The notes under the pieces were generated by a model that was not told the DNA's origin, did not search any database, and was given only the letters and a program-made list of their open reading frames with translations. Below are positions 38,218 to 48,108 of a DNA stretch of 64,000 nt, in pieces; positions within the stretch are counted from its first letter, which is position 1; each line of letters opens with the position of its first letter. This DNA comes from Planctomycetota bacterium (GTDB lineage Bacteria > Planctomycetota > UBA1135 > UBA2386): the NCBI GenBank assembly GCA_965223545.1, contig OZ245006.1, forward strand, positions 2,592,001 to 2,656,000, given 5' to 3'. A program made the translations under genes and the position numbers.

Positions 38218-39098
38218 AGATCCTTCGGTTCGATCACCGGTCCATCACATAGCGCCGACAACCGTTGGATCTCGTTCTGCAGCTGCCGCACGTTGCCGGG
38301 CCACGGTTTGCCGCGCAGCACGTCGGCCGCGGCGTCGCCGAGCCGCAGCGCGCGGCCGCTGCGCTCGTTGGCCAGCGCCAGGAAGTAGCGCGCCAGGATC
38401 ACGATGTCCTCGCCGCGCTCGCGCAACGGCGGCAGCTCGAGTTGTAGGACGTTGATGCGATAGAACAGATCCTCGCGAAACTCACCGGCGGCCACCATCT
38501 CTTCGAGGTTCTTGTTGGTCGCGGCGACGACGCGCACATCGACACGGCGCACGCTGCTGCCGCCCACGGGCCGCACCTCGCCCTCCTGCAGCACGCGCAA
38601 GAGCTTGACCTGCATCGCGAGCGGCATGTCGCCGATCTCGTCCAGGAACAAGGTGCCCTTGTCCGCGGCGACGAAGTGCCCGGAGTGGTCGCGCACCGCG
38701 CCGGTGAAGGCGCCCTTGGTGTGGCCGAACAGCACCGACTCGAGCAGCGTCTCCGGAATCGCGGCGCAGTTCTCGCTGACGAACGGCTTGGCCGCGCGCG
38801 GGCCGAGATCGTGCAGGGCATGCGCGACCAGGTCCTTGCCGGTACCACTCTCGCCGCGAATCAACACGGGCGCGCTGGCGCCGGCGAACTTCTCGATCCT
38901 CGGCCGCAGAGCGACGAGCGCCTCGCACTCGCCGACGATGCCGTGCCACTGCGGCCACACGTCATCGCCTACCGACTCCTCGACTGCCAGCTGCGACAGC
39001 TGAGCCCGAATCCGCACCAACAAGTCTGCATCGCCGAGCGCAACCGCACGCCGCAGCAGCTGCTGCAGCTCCTCGAGAATCGCCTCGCTGTCGCTCAC
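38214..39098 (-). CDS. Sigma-54-interacting AAA+ activator lacking receiver and HTH domains
   Basis: GESGTGKD, GAFTGA, LFLDEIG, FREDLFYRINV, WPGNVRQL; ends 12 aa after the AAA domain. Confidence 0.88.
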   Translation of the reverse strand: MSDSEAILEELQQLLRRAVALGDADLLVRIRAQLSQLAVEESVGDDVWPQWHGIVGECEALVALRPRIEKFAGASAPVLIRGESGTGKDLVAHALHDLGPRAAKPFVSENCAAIPETLLESVLFGHTKGAFTGAVRDHSGHFVAADKGTLFLDEIGDMPLAMQVKLLRVLQEGEVRPVGGSSVRRVDVRVVAATNKNLEEMVAAGEFREDLFYRINVLQLELPPLRERGEDIVILARYFLALANERSGRALRLGDAAADVLRGKPWPGNVRQLQNEIQRLSALCDGPVIEPKDL

Positions 39099-41257
39099 CA
39101 GTCGCCCTCCCAAGACACCACCCGGAGGCCGGCGTACTCGAGCAGGAGCTGCCGCTCGGCACCGTCGTCGAACAACACCGTGGCGCGCGCCTGCATGCCC
39201 CGGCCGTTGACCCGCAGAACGACCCCGCTGCCGTACTGCTCGTGCTGCACCCGGGCCTCGGGCCGGATCCCGGCCGCCGCCTCGCCATCGTCGTAGTCGT
39301 CCTCGAACTCCGGCTCCCAAGCGTGCCAGGCATCCGCGCGCGGTGCGCGCCGATCCAGGTGCTCGTCCGGGATCTCGGCGACGAACCGCGACTCGACTTG
39401 GTCGCGCTCATCGCCCTGCACCATGCGCCGGTCACTCCCGCTGAGGTGGACGGTCTTGCGGCCGCGTGTGATCGCCACGTACATCAGCCGGCGCTCCTCC
39501 TCGAGATCCCCTTGTTCCTCGGCCCGGCTGCTGGGAAACAAGCCGTCCTCCATCCCGATCAAGAAGACGTGGTCGAACTCCAACCCCTTGGCGGCATGGA
39601 TGGTCATCAGCGACACCGATGGTCCCTTGCCCGCGGCGCGGTCCGCCGAGGTCAGCAAGCTGATGTGCTCCAGATAGCCGGCCAAGCCCCCGGTCCGCCG
39701 CGTGTCGAAGTCGGCGGCGTCGGCGACCAGCTCTCCGATGTTCTCCTCTCGGGTCTGGTCCTGCGGATCGCCGAGGTTGCAGGCGTACTCGATGTAGTCG
39801 ATGCCATCGATCACCGCGCGTACCGCGTCCATACAGCCGACGTCGGCGGCGCGCTGCACTTGCAAGAACACGTCGCGCAGCTGTGCGAGTCCGCGCCGCG
39901 CCCCCTTCGGCGCCTCGGCGTGCAGCTCTTCGTCGACTACCAACTCGTACAGCGAACGTCCGTGCGAGGCCGCGAGCTGCTTGAGCTTGGCCAACGTCGC
40001 CACGCCGATCTTGCGTGGCGGGACATTGATGATGCGCTCCATGCTGACGTCGTCCAGCGGATTGACGACGGCGCGCAAGTAGGCGACCAAGTCCTTGATC
40101 TCCCGCCGCTCGAAGAACGTGAGACCACCGACCACGGAGTACGGCACACCAGCGCGGCGCAGCACCTCTTCGATCCCACGGCTCAGGTAGTGCGAGCGGT
40201 AGAACACGGCAATTTCCGCCGGCGACGCGCCATCGCGCACCAAGCGCTCGACTTTGCCACCGACCACGTCGTTCTCTTCGTACGGGTTGCCGAAGCGGTG
40301 ATATTCCAGCGGTGACCCGGCATCGTTGTCGGTGGTCAGGTCCCGCTCCAGGCGCTCGGTGTTGTGCACGATGACGCCCTGGGCCGCGCCCAGGATGTTC
40401 TGCGTCGAGCGGTAGTTCACCTCCAAGCGCACGGTGTGCACGTCGCCGAAGTGGTCGGCGAAGTCGAGGATGTTGCGGATCTCGGCGCCGCGGAACCGGT
40501 AGATGGACTGGTCGGGATCACCGACCACGCAGACGTTGCGGTGCACCGCGGCCAACCGACACACGAGCTCGTACTGCACGCGATTCGTGTCTTGGAACTC
40601 GTCGACGAGGATCCAGCGAAACCGCTCGGCATAGCGCTCCGCGACTTCGGGAATCAGCTCCAACAGGTCGAGGAACCGACCGATCAGATCGTCGAAGTCC
40701 ATCGCCCCGAGCTGCTGCATGCGCTGGATGTAGGGATCGAAGAGCTCGGCCGTCAGGGTCTGCACCGTCGGCCGTCCGACGTCGATCACCGTCTCGCGAT
40801 AGTCGGCGAGGCCGATCTGCAGATTCTTCATCCGCGAGATCTCCGCACCGATGTGCGACGGCTTGATCGGCGTCAGCGGCAACTGACGCTCCTGCATCAG
40901 CGCCTTGATGCAGCTGTCCCGGTCGTAGGTGTCGTAGATGGAGAAGTCGCGCGGGTAGCCCAGATAGTGCCCGTCCCGCCGCAGAAAGCGCGCACACGCC
41001 GAGTGGAACGTGGCCACGTGCACGCGACGCCCGCCGAGATCGAGCACACGACGCGCCATCTCGCCCGCCGCCTTGTTGGTGAAGGTCAGCGCCAGGATCG
41101 AATCGGAGGCGGCGCCGTCGCGCAGCAGGCGCGCGATGCGCCGCGTGATCACGCGCGTCTTGCCCGACCCCGCGCCGGCGATCACCATCATCGGGCCCTC
41201 GCCGTACTCGACGGCGGCACGCTGTGAGGGGTTCAGGTCGTCGAGAATCGGGTCCAT
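39095..41257 (-). CDS. pcrA: ATP-dependent DNA helicase UvrD/PcrA
   Basis: AGAGSGKT, TFTNKAA, VDEFQDTN, VGDPDQSIYRFRGA, NYRS, TIHAAKGLEF, EERRLMYVAITR, C-terminal Tudor-like tail. Confidence 0.95.
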   Translation of the reverse strand: MDPILDDLNPSQRAAVEYGEGPMMVIAGAGSGKTRVITRRIARLLRDGAASDSILALTFTNKAAGEMARRVLDLGGRRVHVATFHSACARFLRRDGHYLGYPRDFSIYDTYDRDSCIKALMQERQLPLTPIKPSHIGAEISRMKNLQIGLADYRETVIDVGRPTVQTLTAELFDPYIQRMQQLGAMDFDDLIGRFLDLLELIPEVAERYAERFRWILVDEFQDTNRVQYELVCRLAAVHRNVCVVGDPDQSIYRFRGAEIRNILDFADHFGDVHTVRLEVNYRSTQNILGAAQGVIVHNTERLERDLTTDNDAGSPLEYHRFGNPYEENDVVGGKVERLVRDGASPAEIAVFYRSHYLSRGIEEVLRRAGVPYSVVGGLTFFERREIKDLVAYLRAVVNPLDDVSMERIINVPPRKIGVATLAKLKQLAASHGRSLYELVVDEELHAEAPKGARRGLAQLRDVFLQVQRAADVGCMDAVRAVIDGIDYIEYACNLGDPQDQTREENIGELVADAADFDTRRTGGLAGYLEHISLLTSADRAAGKGPSVSLMTIHAAKGLEFDHVFLIGMEDGLFPSSRAEEQGDLEEERRLMYVAITRGRKTVHLSGSDRRMVQGDERDQVESRFVAEIPDEHLDRRAPRADAWHAWEPEFEDDYDDGEAAAGIRPEARVQHEQYGSGVVLRVNGRGMQARATVLFDDGAERQLLLEYAGLRVVSWEGDW

Positions 41258-41317
41258 GCTGCGCGCCGGATCGTAGCGCCTGCGGCCGGGGAAGGCCCGG
41301 CCCGCGCAGGCGCTCGT

Positions 41318-42505
41318 TCAGCGCGTCGCGAGGCCGGCGGCGCACTGCCGCTGGACCGCGTCCAGCGCACCAGCGAGGTCGGCGCACAGATCGGCTGGGT
41401 CCTCGATGCCGACCGACAGCCGCAGCAGATGTGGACTGATTCCGGCCCGGCGCTGCGCCTCGGCGTCCATTGCGGCGTGGGTCATCGTCGCGGGATGCGC
41501 GACCAAGCTCTCTACGCCCCCGAGGGACTCCGCCAGCGAGAAATGCCGCAGATGGTCGAGCAGCACCTCGACGGCACCATCGGCCTCGACCAGCTCGAAC
41601 GCGAGCATGCCGCCAAAGCCGGTCTGCTGCGCCCGGGCCAGCGCGTGGTCGGGGTGCGCGGCATCGCCTGGGTCGTGCACGCGGCGCACCGCCGGGTGCT
41701 CTGCCAGCAACCGCGCCACCGCGCGTGCGTTGCGCTCGTGCTGCGCCATGCGCACCGCCAGGGTGCGCAGACCGCGCAGCGTCAAGAACGCGTCGAACGG
41801 CGCTCCGGTGATCCCCGTGCAGTTGGCCCACCACGCCAGCCGCTCGTGCACGGCAGCATCGGCCGCCATCACCGCCCCACCGACCACGTCGCTGTGGCCG
41901 TTGAGGTACTTCGTCGTCGAGTGCACGACGACGTCGGCGCCGAGCGCCAGCGGCCGCTGCAGGGCGGGCGACAAGAACGTGTTGTCCACCACACACAGCG
42001 CGCCGGCCGCGCGCGCGGCCGCGGCCACCGCGCGGACGTCGGTGATGCGCAGCAGGGGGTTGCTCGGTGTCTCCACCCAGACCATCGCCGGGCGACGCGC
42101 CAGCGCGGCGGCGCGGGCGCCAGCATCGCGCAGGTCGACCCAGTCGACGACGAGATCACCGCGCTCCGCCAGGGCGCACAGCAAACGGTGCGTGCCCCCA
42201 TAGATGTCGGGCGCCGCCACCACGCGATCGCCGCGGCGCAGCAACTGCGTGGTCAGGGACACGGCGGCCATGCCCGAACCGGTGACCACTGCGCCCGCGC
42301 CCCCCTCGAGCCGGGCGAGGGCGTCGGCCAGCTGGTCGCGCGTCGGGTTGCCCGACCGCGTGTAGTCGTAACGGCGCTTGCGCCCGAGACCCGCGAACGA
42401 GTAGTTGGAAGACAGATAGACTGGCGGCACGACGGCCCCGTGCGCCGGATCGCTGTCGATCCCGGCGCGCACGGCCACGGTGGCTTGCTGGATCGAAGCG
42501 CTCAT
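41318..42505 (-). CDS. metB: Cystathionine gamma-synthase
   Basis: YTRSGNPTR, ETPSNP, VDNTF, HSTTKYLNGHSD, LAESLGGVESL, RLSVGIE. Confidence 0.92.
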   Translation of the reverse strand: MSASIQQATVAVRAGIDSDPAHGAVVPPVYLSSNYSFAGLGRKRRYDYTRSGNPTRDQLADALARLEGGAGAVVTGSGMAAVSLTTQLLRRGDRVVAAPDIYGGTHRLLCALAERGDLVVDWVDLRDAGARAAALARRPAMVWVETPSNPLLRITDVRAVAAAARAAGALCVVDNTFLSPALQRPLALGADVVVHSTTKYLNGHSDVVGGAVMAADAAVHERLAWWANCTGITGAPFDAFLTLRGLRTLAVRMAQHERNARAVARLLAEHPAVRRVHDPGDAAHPDHALARAQQTGFGGMLAFELVEADGAVEVLLDHLRHFSLAESLGGVESLVAHPATMTHAAMDAEAQRRAGISPHLLRLSVGIEDPADLCADLAGALDAVQRQCAAGLATR

Positions 42506-43503
42506 CGGACCACCCCCACGAGCGCCCGCCGCAGCAGCTCCCCCACCGCCGCCTCTTCCAACAGGAAGCCGTCGTGGCCGTGCTGCGATTGCAGGCGCTG
42601 GTAGGTCGCCCGGGGCAGGCGGTCGGCGAGTCCACGCACCTGCGATTCGGGCACCACCGCGTCCCCGGTGATGCCGACCAGCGTCAGCGGCACGGCAACG
42701 GTGTCGGGCGCGACGCGATGGGTGTCGAGCGACTCCGACAACGCCAAGAACGCGCGCGGCGTGAAGCGCCGCGCAAACGCCTCGCCGCGCGCCGCGAGAT
42801 AGTCCTCGACCGCGAAGCGGGGCCCGTCCGCACTCCAGCGCGGCGGCGCGTCGAAGCGCGCGGCGAACTCGTCCGCCGAGCGATACGTCGTCATCGCCAG
42901 CGCCCGCGCCCACCGCAGCGCGCGCTCGCCCTCACCGCGGTCGAGGCCGTCGCGCACCAACGCCCGCTGCAGGGCGCGCCACGCGGTGGCGCGCGGGTGG
43001 GGCCGGTCGGCGGCGGCGATCGCCACCAGCCGGGCGACGCGGTGCGGCGCGCGCGCCGCCAATGCCAGCCCGACCATGCCGCCGTAGGAGCTGCCGACCA
43101 CGGCGCACGGTCGCTCGACGCCCAGGTGGACCAGCAGCCGTTCGATCGCCGCGGCCTGGTCGTCGGTCGACACCGACGGGAACGGACCGGCCGTGTCCTC
43201 GGGGCCGGTCGATCCACCGCAGCCACCGAGGTAATCGACACCGAGCACGGCGCAGCGGTTCAGGTCGACCGCGCTGCCGTGCCCGACCACACCATCCCAC
43301 CATCCGCGCTGCGCGTCCCGGCCGCGGACCACGTGGCGCCCGGCACTGATGCCGCCGAGCACCAGCACCAGCGGACCACTCGGATCGCCGGCGAGCTCGT
43401 AGGCGAGCCGCGCGCCGCGCAGCACACCACCGTGGCGCAGCGGCAGCTGCAACGGCAGATGCAGCACCGAGGTGCCGCCCTCCAGGATCGCTGCAGCACT
43501 CAT
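42502..43503 (-). CDS. metX: Homoserine O-acyltransferase (MetX family)
   Basis: VLGGISA, GWW, GSSYGGMV nucleophile elbow, AMTTYRS, HGHDGFL. Confidence 0.88.
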   Translation of the reverse strand: MSAAAILEGGTSVLHLPLQLPLRHGGVLRGARLAYELAGDPSGPLVLVLGGISAGRHVVRGRDAQRGWWDGVVGHGSAVDLNRCAVLGVDYLGGCGGSTGPEDTAGPFPSVSTDDQAAAIERLLVHLGVERPCAVVGSSYGGMVGLALAARAPHRVARLVAIAAADRPHPRATAWRALQRALVRDGLDRGEGERALRWARALAMTTYRSADEFAARFDAPPRWSADGPRFAVEDYLAARGEAFARRFTPRAFLALSESLDTHRVAPDTVAVPLTLVGITGDAVVPESQVRGLADRLPRATYQRLQSQHGHDGFLLEEAAVGELLRRALVGVVR

Positions 43504-44564
43504 CGCCGGCCTCCGGCGACGGCGCAGCGCGCCGACACGTCTTCCAGCAGCGCCTCGGCCGTTCCGTCGGGGCCCAGACCCAGGCCGATGTGCACGCGCT
43601 GGCCACCGGCGGCGTCCTCGTACACGTAGGCGACGCGGTCCGGTGGCACCGCCAGCACGTCGCGGCGATCGAGGCCGACCAGCTCCACCGCGGCGGAGCC
43701 ATCGCGGTCGACCCGCGCGACCAGGCGCGTGGTGCGGCCCCGGGCGGCGCGGCGCGCCAGCTGTGCGCCGTCCACGGCAGCGAAGTCGATGGCGGGCGCG
43801 ATCGACAACGGTGCGGTCCTCTGCCACAGCAGACCGGCCACCACCGCGATCTTGCTGGCGGCATCGGTGCCGTCGAGGTCGAGCGAGGGGTCCGGTTCGA
43901 GCAACCCGCGGGCGCGGGCACGCTCCAGCGCGTCGGCCAGGGCGCAGCCGCGCTCGAGCTCGGTCAGCACCGCCGTGCTCGACGCGTTGGCGACGGCAGT
44001 CACCGCCACGCAATCGCGGCGCAGGGCGTCGGCCTCGCGCTGCAGGCGCGCGCCCGTGCCACCGAGCAACGCGTTGATGCCGACGCGCTCGCCGTGCTGC
44101 ACCAGCAGCTCGTGCGGCTCGGCGGCCGCGGCGGCCTTGGCGGCCAGCACCAGCTGCGCGCCGCAGCGGAGGGCGGCGCGTGCGCGCGCCAGGGCAGCCG
44201 GCACCTCGGCCGGGTCGCTGCTCGCGGCGTCGACGACGATGTCGGCCTCGACGGCCGCAATCGCCGTGGCCGCCCCCACCGCGGCCGCGCCGGGGATCGC
44301 CAAGAGCGGAGTCCCTTGCGCCTTGTGGGCGGCGATGCGAGCGGGGTCGAGCCCCGATTCGGCGAACACGGTCCCCGAACGATCGGTGACCGCGACGAGG
44401 CACGCGGCCGGACACTGTTCCAGCCGCCGCAAGAAGGCGCGGCCGACCGCGCCGGCGCCGACCAGGTGCACGGTGGGCGAAGAGCCCGACGCACAGAATG
44501 GCTCGACGCTGGCGTGCGCCGGGAGACATGAGGATGGACAGGACGGGGTCTTGATGTGGTTCAT
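43500..44564 (-). CDS. hom: Homoserine dehydrogenase (short, no ACT domain)
   Basis: GAGAVG Rossmann motif, VLAAK, GLLEPDPSLDLDGTDAASK, GLGPDGTA; start approximate. Confidence 0.82.
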   Translation of the reverse strand: MNHIKTPSCPSSCLPAHASVEPFCASGSSPTVHLVGAGAVGRAFLRRLEQCPAACLVAVTDRSGTVFAESGLDPARIAAHKAQGTPLLAIPGAAAVGAATAIAAVEADIVVDAASSDPAEVPAALARARAALRCGAQLVLAAKAAAAAEPHELLVQHGERVGINALLGGTGARLQREADALRRDCVAVTAVANASSTAVLTELERGCALADALERARARGLLEPDPSLDLDGTDAASKIAVVAGLLWQRTAPLSIAPAIDFAAVDGAQLARRAARGRTTRLVARVDRDGSAAVELVGLDRRDVLAVPPDRVAYVYEDAAGGQRVHIGLGLGPDGTAEALLEDVSARCAVAGGRR

Positions 44565-44579
44565 CGCGATGCTGGAGTC

Positions 44580-44601
44580 AAAAACTCGACTGCGATCGAG
44601 T
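44580..44601 (-). terminator. Short hairpin plus U-tract in met leader (possible riboswitch expression platform)
   Basis: ACTCGA-TCGCAG-TCGAGT-TTTT on minus strand between aptamer and hom start. Confidence 0.45.
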
Positions 44602-44665
44602 CCCTCGACAACCAGCGCGCGCCGTCGGTCCGGCGCAGCGCGACCTTGCGTCGCGATGACGTCCG

Positions 44666-44777
44666 AACCCATCTTTCGGCGAGCGCAAGGCTCCCGCGGG
44701 AGTTGGCACCTGCCGAGCGCTGCTCGGTGGTTGCCCCGGCGTCGTAGGGCCCGTCCCTCGACCGGTCTCGATGAGTC
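44666..44777 (-). ncRNA. SAM-I (S-box) riboswitch
   Basis: Minus strand: CTCATCGAGA...GAGGGACGGGCCCTACGA...GGCAACC...AGGTGCCAACTCC...GAAAGATGGG; upstream of methionine operon. Confidence 0.93.
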
Positions 44778-44785
44778 GGCGCGCG

Positions 44786-44815
44786 GTTGTAGCGAGTGCC
44801 GCGCGCACGCGTCAA
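44786..44815 (-). promoter_or_regulatory. Sigma70-type promoter of the met operon
   Basis: TTGACG-18 bp-TACAAC ending about 9 nt before the aptamer. Confidence 0.55.
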
Positions 44816-44890
44816 CCCGGGGATCGCAGAAAATCACAGCCCGCGCCGGGCGTTCCATGGGTGTCCGACGCAACCGCAAGAGAGGACGTC

Positions 44891-45343
44891 ATGAAGCTGC
44901 ACAGAGTTTGCGCTGCAATCGCCGCAGCAGTTTGCATCGGCGCGGCATCGGTCGCTGCCCAGGCCACCGTGACCGCGACCGCCTACGGCAACCCCGGTTT
45001 GTACCAGACCCCCATCGACCCGGCCCTCTTCCTGCAGGCCGACGTCAGCGCGCCGCAGATGACGCGGCTGGAGCTGGTCGGCGGCTTCAAGGGTGATCCG
45101 GCGGCGATGCTCGTGTCCACCGAACCCGCCGCGATCCCGCTCGGGATCGGCGCCATGATCTACGTCGGCGAGCCGGCGGTGCCGATTTGGGGCGTGTTCG
45201 GCCCGGATGGCACCTGGGAGGTTCGCTTCAACCCCAACCTGCCCGCGTTGATCGGCGCGGACCTCTATTTCCAAGGAGTCGAGGCCCTGTCGGTGGGCGG
45301 CCTGCAGCTGTCCAACGGCATGCACGTCAACATCGCGGGCTGA
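44891..45343 (+). CDS. Small secreted protein consisting only of the recurrent lineage-type domain
   Basis: GAGGA RBS, signal peptide MKLHRVCAAIAAAVCIGAASVAAQA, ends PALIGADLYFQG...LSNGMHVNI. Confidence 0.75.
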   Translation: MKLHRVCAAIAAAVCIGAASVAAQATVTATAYGNPGLYQTPIDPALFLQADVSAPQMTRLELVGGFKGDPAAMLVSTEPAAIPLGIGAMIYVGEPAVPIWGVFGPDGTWEVRFNPNLPALIGADLYFQGVEALSVGGLQLSNGMHVNIAG

Positions 45344-45354
45344 CGTCCCCGCTC

Positions 45355-45382
45355 GCGGGCCCCGCCGCACGGCGGGGCCCGC
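45355..45382 (+). terminator. GC-rich hairpin after CDS
   Basis: GCGGGCCCCGCC-GCAC-GGCGGGGCCCGC, 12-bp perfect stem, weak U tract. Confidence 0.55.
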
Positions 45383-45422
45383 CATTTCGCGCCGCGCGAC
45401 GCCGGCGCGCTACGCTGTCCCG

Positions 45423-47492
45423 ATGCGCCTGCGCGACACGCATCGGGTGTGGTGCGCGGCGATCGTGCTGGCGAGCCTCGCCGGCGCGCAGCCGCGCACC
45501 GTGACCCTGCAGAACCTGTCATCCCACCCGCGCACCCAGTGGTTTGCCGCGGTGGTGCCGTTCGCACCGGGGGAGTCCGGCGAACGGCCGGAGTGGCACG
45601 TCGCCGGGCACCCCACGGTCTGGCAGCCGTTCGGCGCCCGCTGGCCCGACGGATCGCTGCGGCAAGCGCTGTGCATGTTCCGCGCCACCCTGCCCGCACA
45701 AGGTCGTGCGGAGCTCGAGCTGAGCGCCGGCGCGGGGCCAGCGCTCGCACCGGCGCCGTGGCCCGCGCTCGACCTCGACGTGATGCTCACCGTACACACC
45801 TCCGGTGGGGTACACGACTGCCGGCCGGGGGCGGCCACTGTCCTGGAGGAGAACGCCGCGCGCCGCGTCACCCTACTGCGCGGGCGGGCGGGCCGGTCCG
45901 GGATCGTCTGCGAGCTGATCGTCACCCAATGGGCCGATCAGCCGCTGATCGACGCCGACCTCGGCCTCTGGTTCAGCGACCCGGCCAGCAAGGCGATGCA
46001 GGTGCACATCGAGCGCGCCGCAGTGCGCTGTCGAGGACACGCCCTGCTGCTGCGCCATCCGGAACGGCTGGCGATGGACACGACCTTCGAAGAGGACGGC
46101 TCGACCACGGTGCTGCTCGCCGACGTCGTGGTCGGCGACGGGCAGGGCATCCGGCGCAGCGGGGTGCTCGCGCCGCCGCTGGCCGGCGACGGCGGCGCAG
46201 CCGACCAGACCATCTTGGCCAACGCCCGGACCCCGCCGCTGGCGGCGACCCGCTGGGCCGAGAGCGGCGCGTTCGGCCCCTTCGGCCACGTCCCCGAGCT
46301 GCCGCCGTGGCTGCGCGATCCCGGCCGGCTGCGCGCGGTGCTGCGCGCGCGCCACCGGCGGTTCAGCGCGGGTGCGCGCCGGCGCGGCGATCCATTCGCG
46401 GCAGCGGAGCTCGGGCTCGCCAAGAACGCCAACCAGACCGGCGATCAGGAGGACTTCGGCGTGGTCAAGCTGACGCCGGTCGCGCGCACCGGCGATCCGA
46501 CCTTCCTCTTCGAGGTCGAGGCGTCCGTCCTGCAAGAGGCTTGCCGGCCGGTGCACTTCTTCGAGTCCGACGCCACCCCGGTGCGACCCGCCGCGCACCC
46601 ACAATGGGTGGTCTGGGCCGGGCGCACGCACTGGCACTGCAAGGTGTCGCCCGACCGACTCGGCAAGCCGTGTCCCGCACCGGAGTTCGAGTCGCACGGC
46701 TGGACCGGCAAAGACCGCCAGCACTGGAGCAGCCTCAACTTGGCCGCATATGCACTGCTCACCGGTGCGCACTGGGCGCGGCGCGAGATCGAGAACGAGA
46801 TCCGGCTCTACCTCGCCGGCCAGACCATCGCGCCCGCACTCAGCACGTCGGGCTCGGGCGCGCCGCGCGGCGCTGGCCGCACCCTGCTGACCGCGAGCTG
46901 GCACTACCTGTGCACGGGCGATCCAGCGCTGCTGGAGCGCATGCATGCGCGCACGGACACGGTGCACGCGAAGCAGTGGGTCGGGGGGAAGATGCCGCAC
47001 GCCGCCGTGCGTCCGTTCACCGTGCACGAGCCCGATGGCCGGATGATCGGCGGCAGCGGTCCGTTCTGGACCCCGTGGCAGGAGACCCTCGCGGCGATCG
47101 GCTTCGCCGCGTTCGCCCGGGTCAGCGACAACCGCAACGCCCAGCAGCTGGCAGACGCCCTGGCGACCAACACCCTGCGCCACGGCTGGCGCTTGGCCAA
47201 AGACCGACCACCGATGATCGCGGCGGCGATCCGGTGGAACGACGACGGCGCTGCGCCTGACCCCGACGCGTTGGCGGCCAGCGACGCCGGCACCGTGCAG
47301 TGGGCCGACGGCACCGGCTTCTCGATCTGGGGCATCGGCGCGGTCGAGCTGGCGCGGCAGGCGGCATCGCGTGCCGGCGACACCGCGCTCGAGCAGCGCG
47401 CGACCGCGATCCTGAGGGCACTGCGCCAGCAGCGACGGGCACCTCGCGACGGCTGGTTCGACCGCTTTGCGGACTGGGACGCGGTGCGCTGA
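45423..47492 (+). CDS. Secreted hypothetical protein, possible YetA/PcRGLX-like lyase fold
   Basis: Signal peptide; N-terminal VPF..G and RWPDGSLR motifs; Trp-rich helical C-terminal half. Confidence 0.55.
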   Translation: MRLRDTHRVWCAAIVLASLAGAQPRTVTLQNLSSHPRTQWFAAVVPFAPGESGERPEWHVAGHPTVWQPFGARWPDGSLRQALCMFRATLPAQGRAELELSAGAGPALAPAPWPALDLDVMLTVHTSGGVHDCRPGAATVLEENAARRVTLLRGRAGRSGIVCELIVTQWADQPLIDADLGLWFSDPASKAMQVHIERAAVRCRGHALLLRHPERLAMDTTFEEDGSTTVLLADVVVGDGQGIRRSGVLAPPLAGDGGAADQTILANARTPPLAATRWAESGAFGPFGHVPELPPWLRDPGRLRAVLRARHRRFSAGARRRGDPFAAAELGLAKNANQTGDQEDFGVVKLTPVARTGDPTFLFEVEASVLQEACRPVHFFESDATPVRPAAHPQWVVWAGRTHWHCKVSPDRLGKPCPAPEFESHGWTGKDRQHWSSLNLAAYALLTGAHWARREIENEIRLYLAGQTIAPALSTSGSGAPRGAGRTLLTASWHYLCTGDPALLERMHARTDTVHAKQWVGGKMPHAAVRPFTVHEPDGRMIGGSGPFWTPWQETLAAIGFAAFARVSDNRNAQQLADALATNTLRHGWRLAKDRPPMIAAAIRWNDDGAAPDPDALAASDAGTVQWADGTGFSIWGIGAVELARQAASRAGDTALEQRATAILRALRQQRRAPRDGWFDRFADWDAVR

Positions 47493-48089
47493 GCCGCCGG
47501 CGCCTCGAACCTTCGAGCTTCGACAACATTTTCGAGGCGACGCCGCTGCCATGGCGACAACGCCGCCGCGCCGGAGGCTCGGAGAGACAGTGCCTCCGGG
47601 CTCAGCGCGGCGGCGGATGTGTTCGGCCTTCCAAACCGCTCCGGGAAAAGCGGCATCCGTGTTTGGTTGCGGCCGTGGCCGCGCTGAGCCTCGGGGTCCG
47701 AGAATGTTCGAGCGGCAACAACCTTTCGGAAGGCCCGTCGTCGCCGGGACTTCGATACCGCAACTCCCGGAGGCTCGAAGACAACACTGGCGTCTGCGCT
47801 CAGCGTGGCCGTCCGGCACCGCTGGATTCGCGGGCTCCGCTACTGTCGCGGTGCGCTCGGTTCTTGGTTGCGGCCCCGGCCGCGCTGAGCCTCAGGGTCC
47901 GCAAATCTTCGCGCGGCGAGAACCTTTCGGAAGGCTCGATGGCGCTGGACTTCGACAACGCAGCTCCCGGAGGCTCGAAGACAACACTGGCCTCTGGGCT
48001 CAGCGCGGCCGCCGGCGACCGCGGGACCCGCGACCGACGCTCGGGTCGCGGAATACTCCGTGTTTGGTTGCGGCCTCGGCCGCGCTGAG
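47486..48089. repeat. Tandem array of about 200-bp structured units
   Basis: TTGGTTGCGGCC-nn-GGCCGCGCTGAG at 47663, 47864, 48064; shared AACCTTTCGGAAGGC and CTCCCGGAGGCTCGAAGACAACACTGGC blocks; between convergent genes. Confidence 0.85.
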
Positions 48090-48108
48090 GGTCCAGCGGC
48101 CGTTCTCC

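Noticed and set aside
47486..48089. CRISPR array interpretation of the tandem repeat
   Set aside because: Conserved part is about 150 bp and degenerate, linkers are self-complementary, and no cas genes are present
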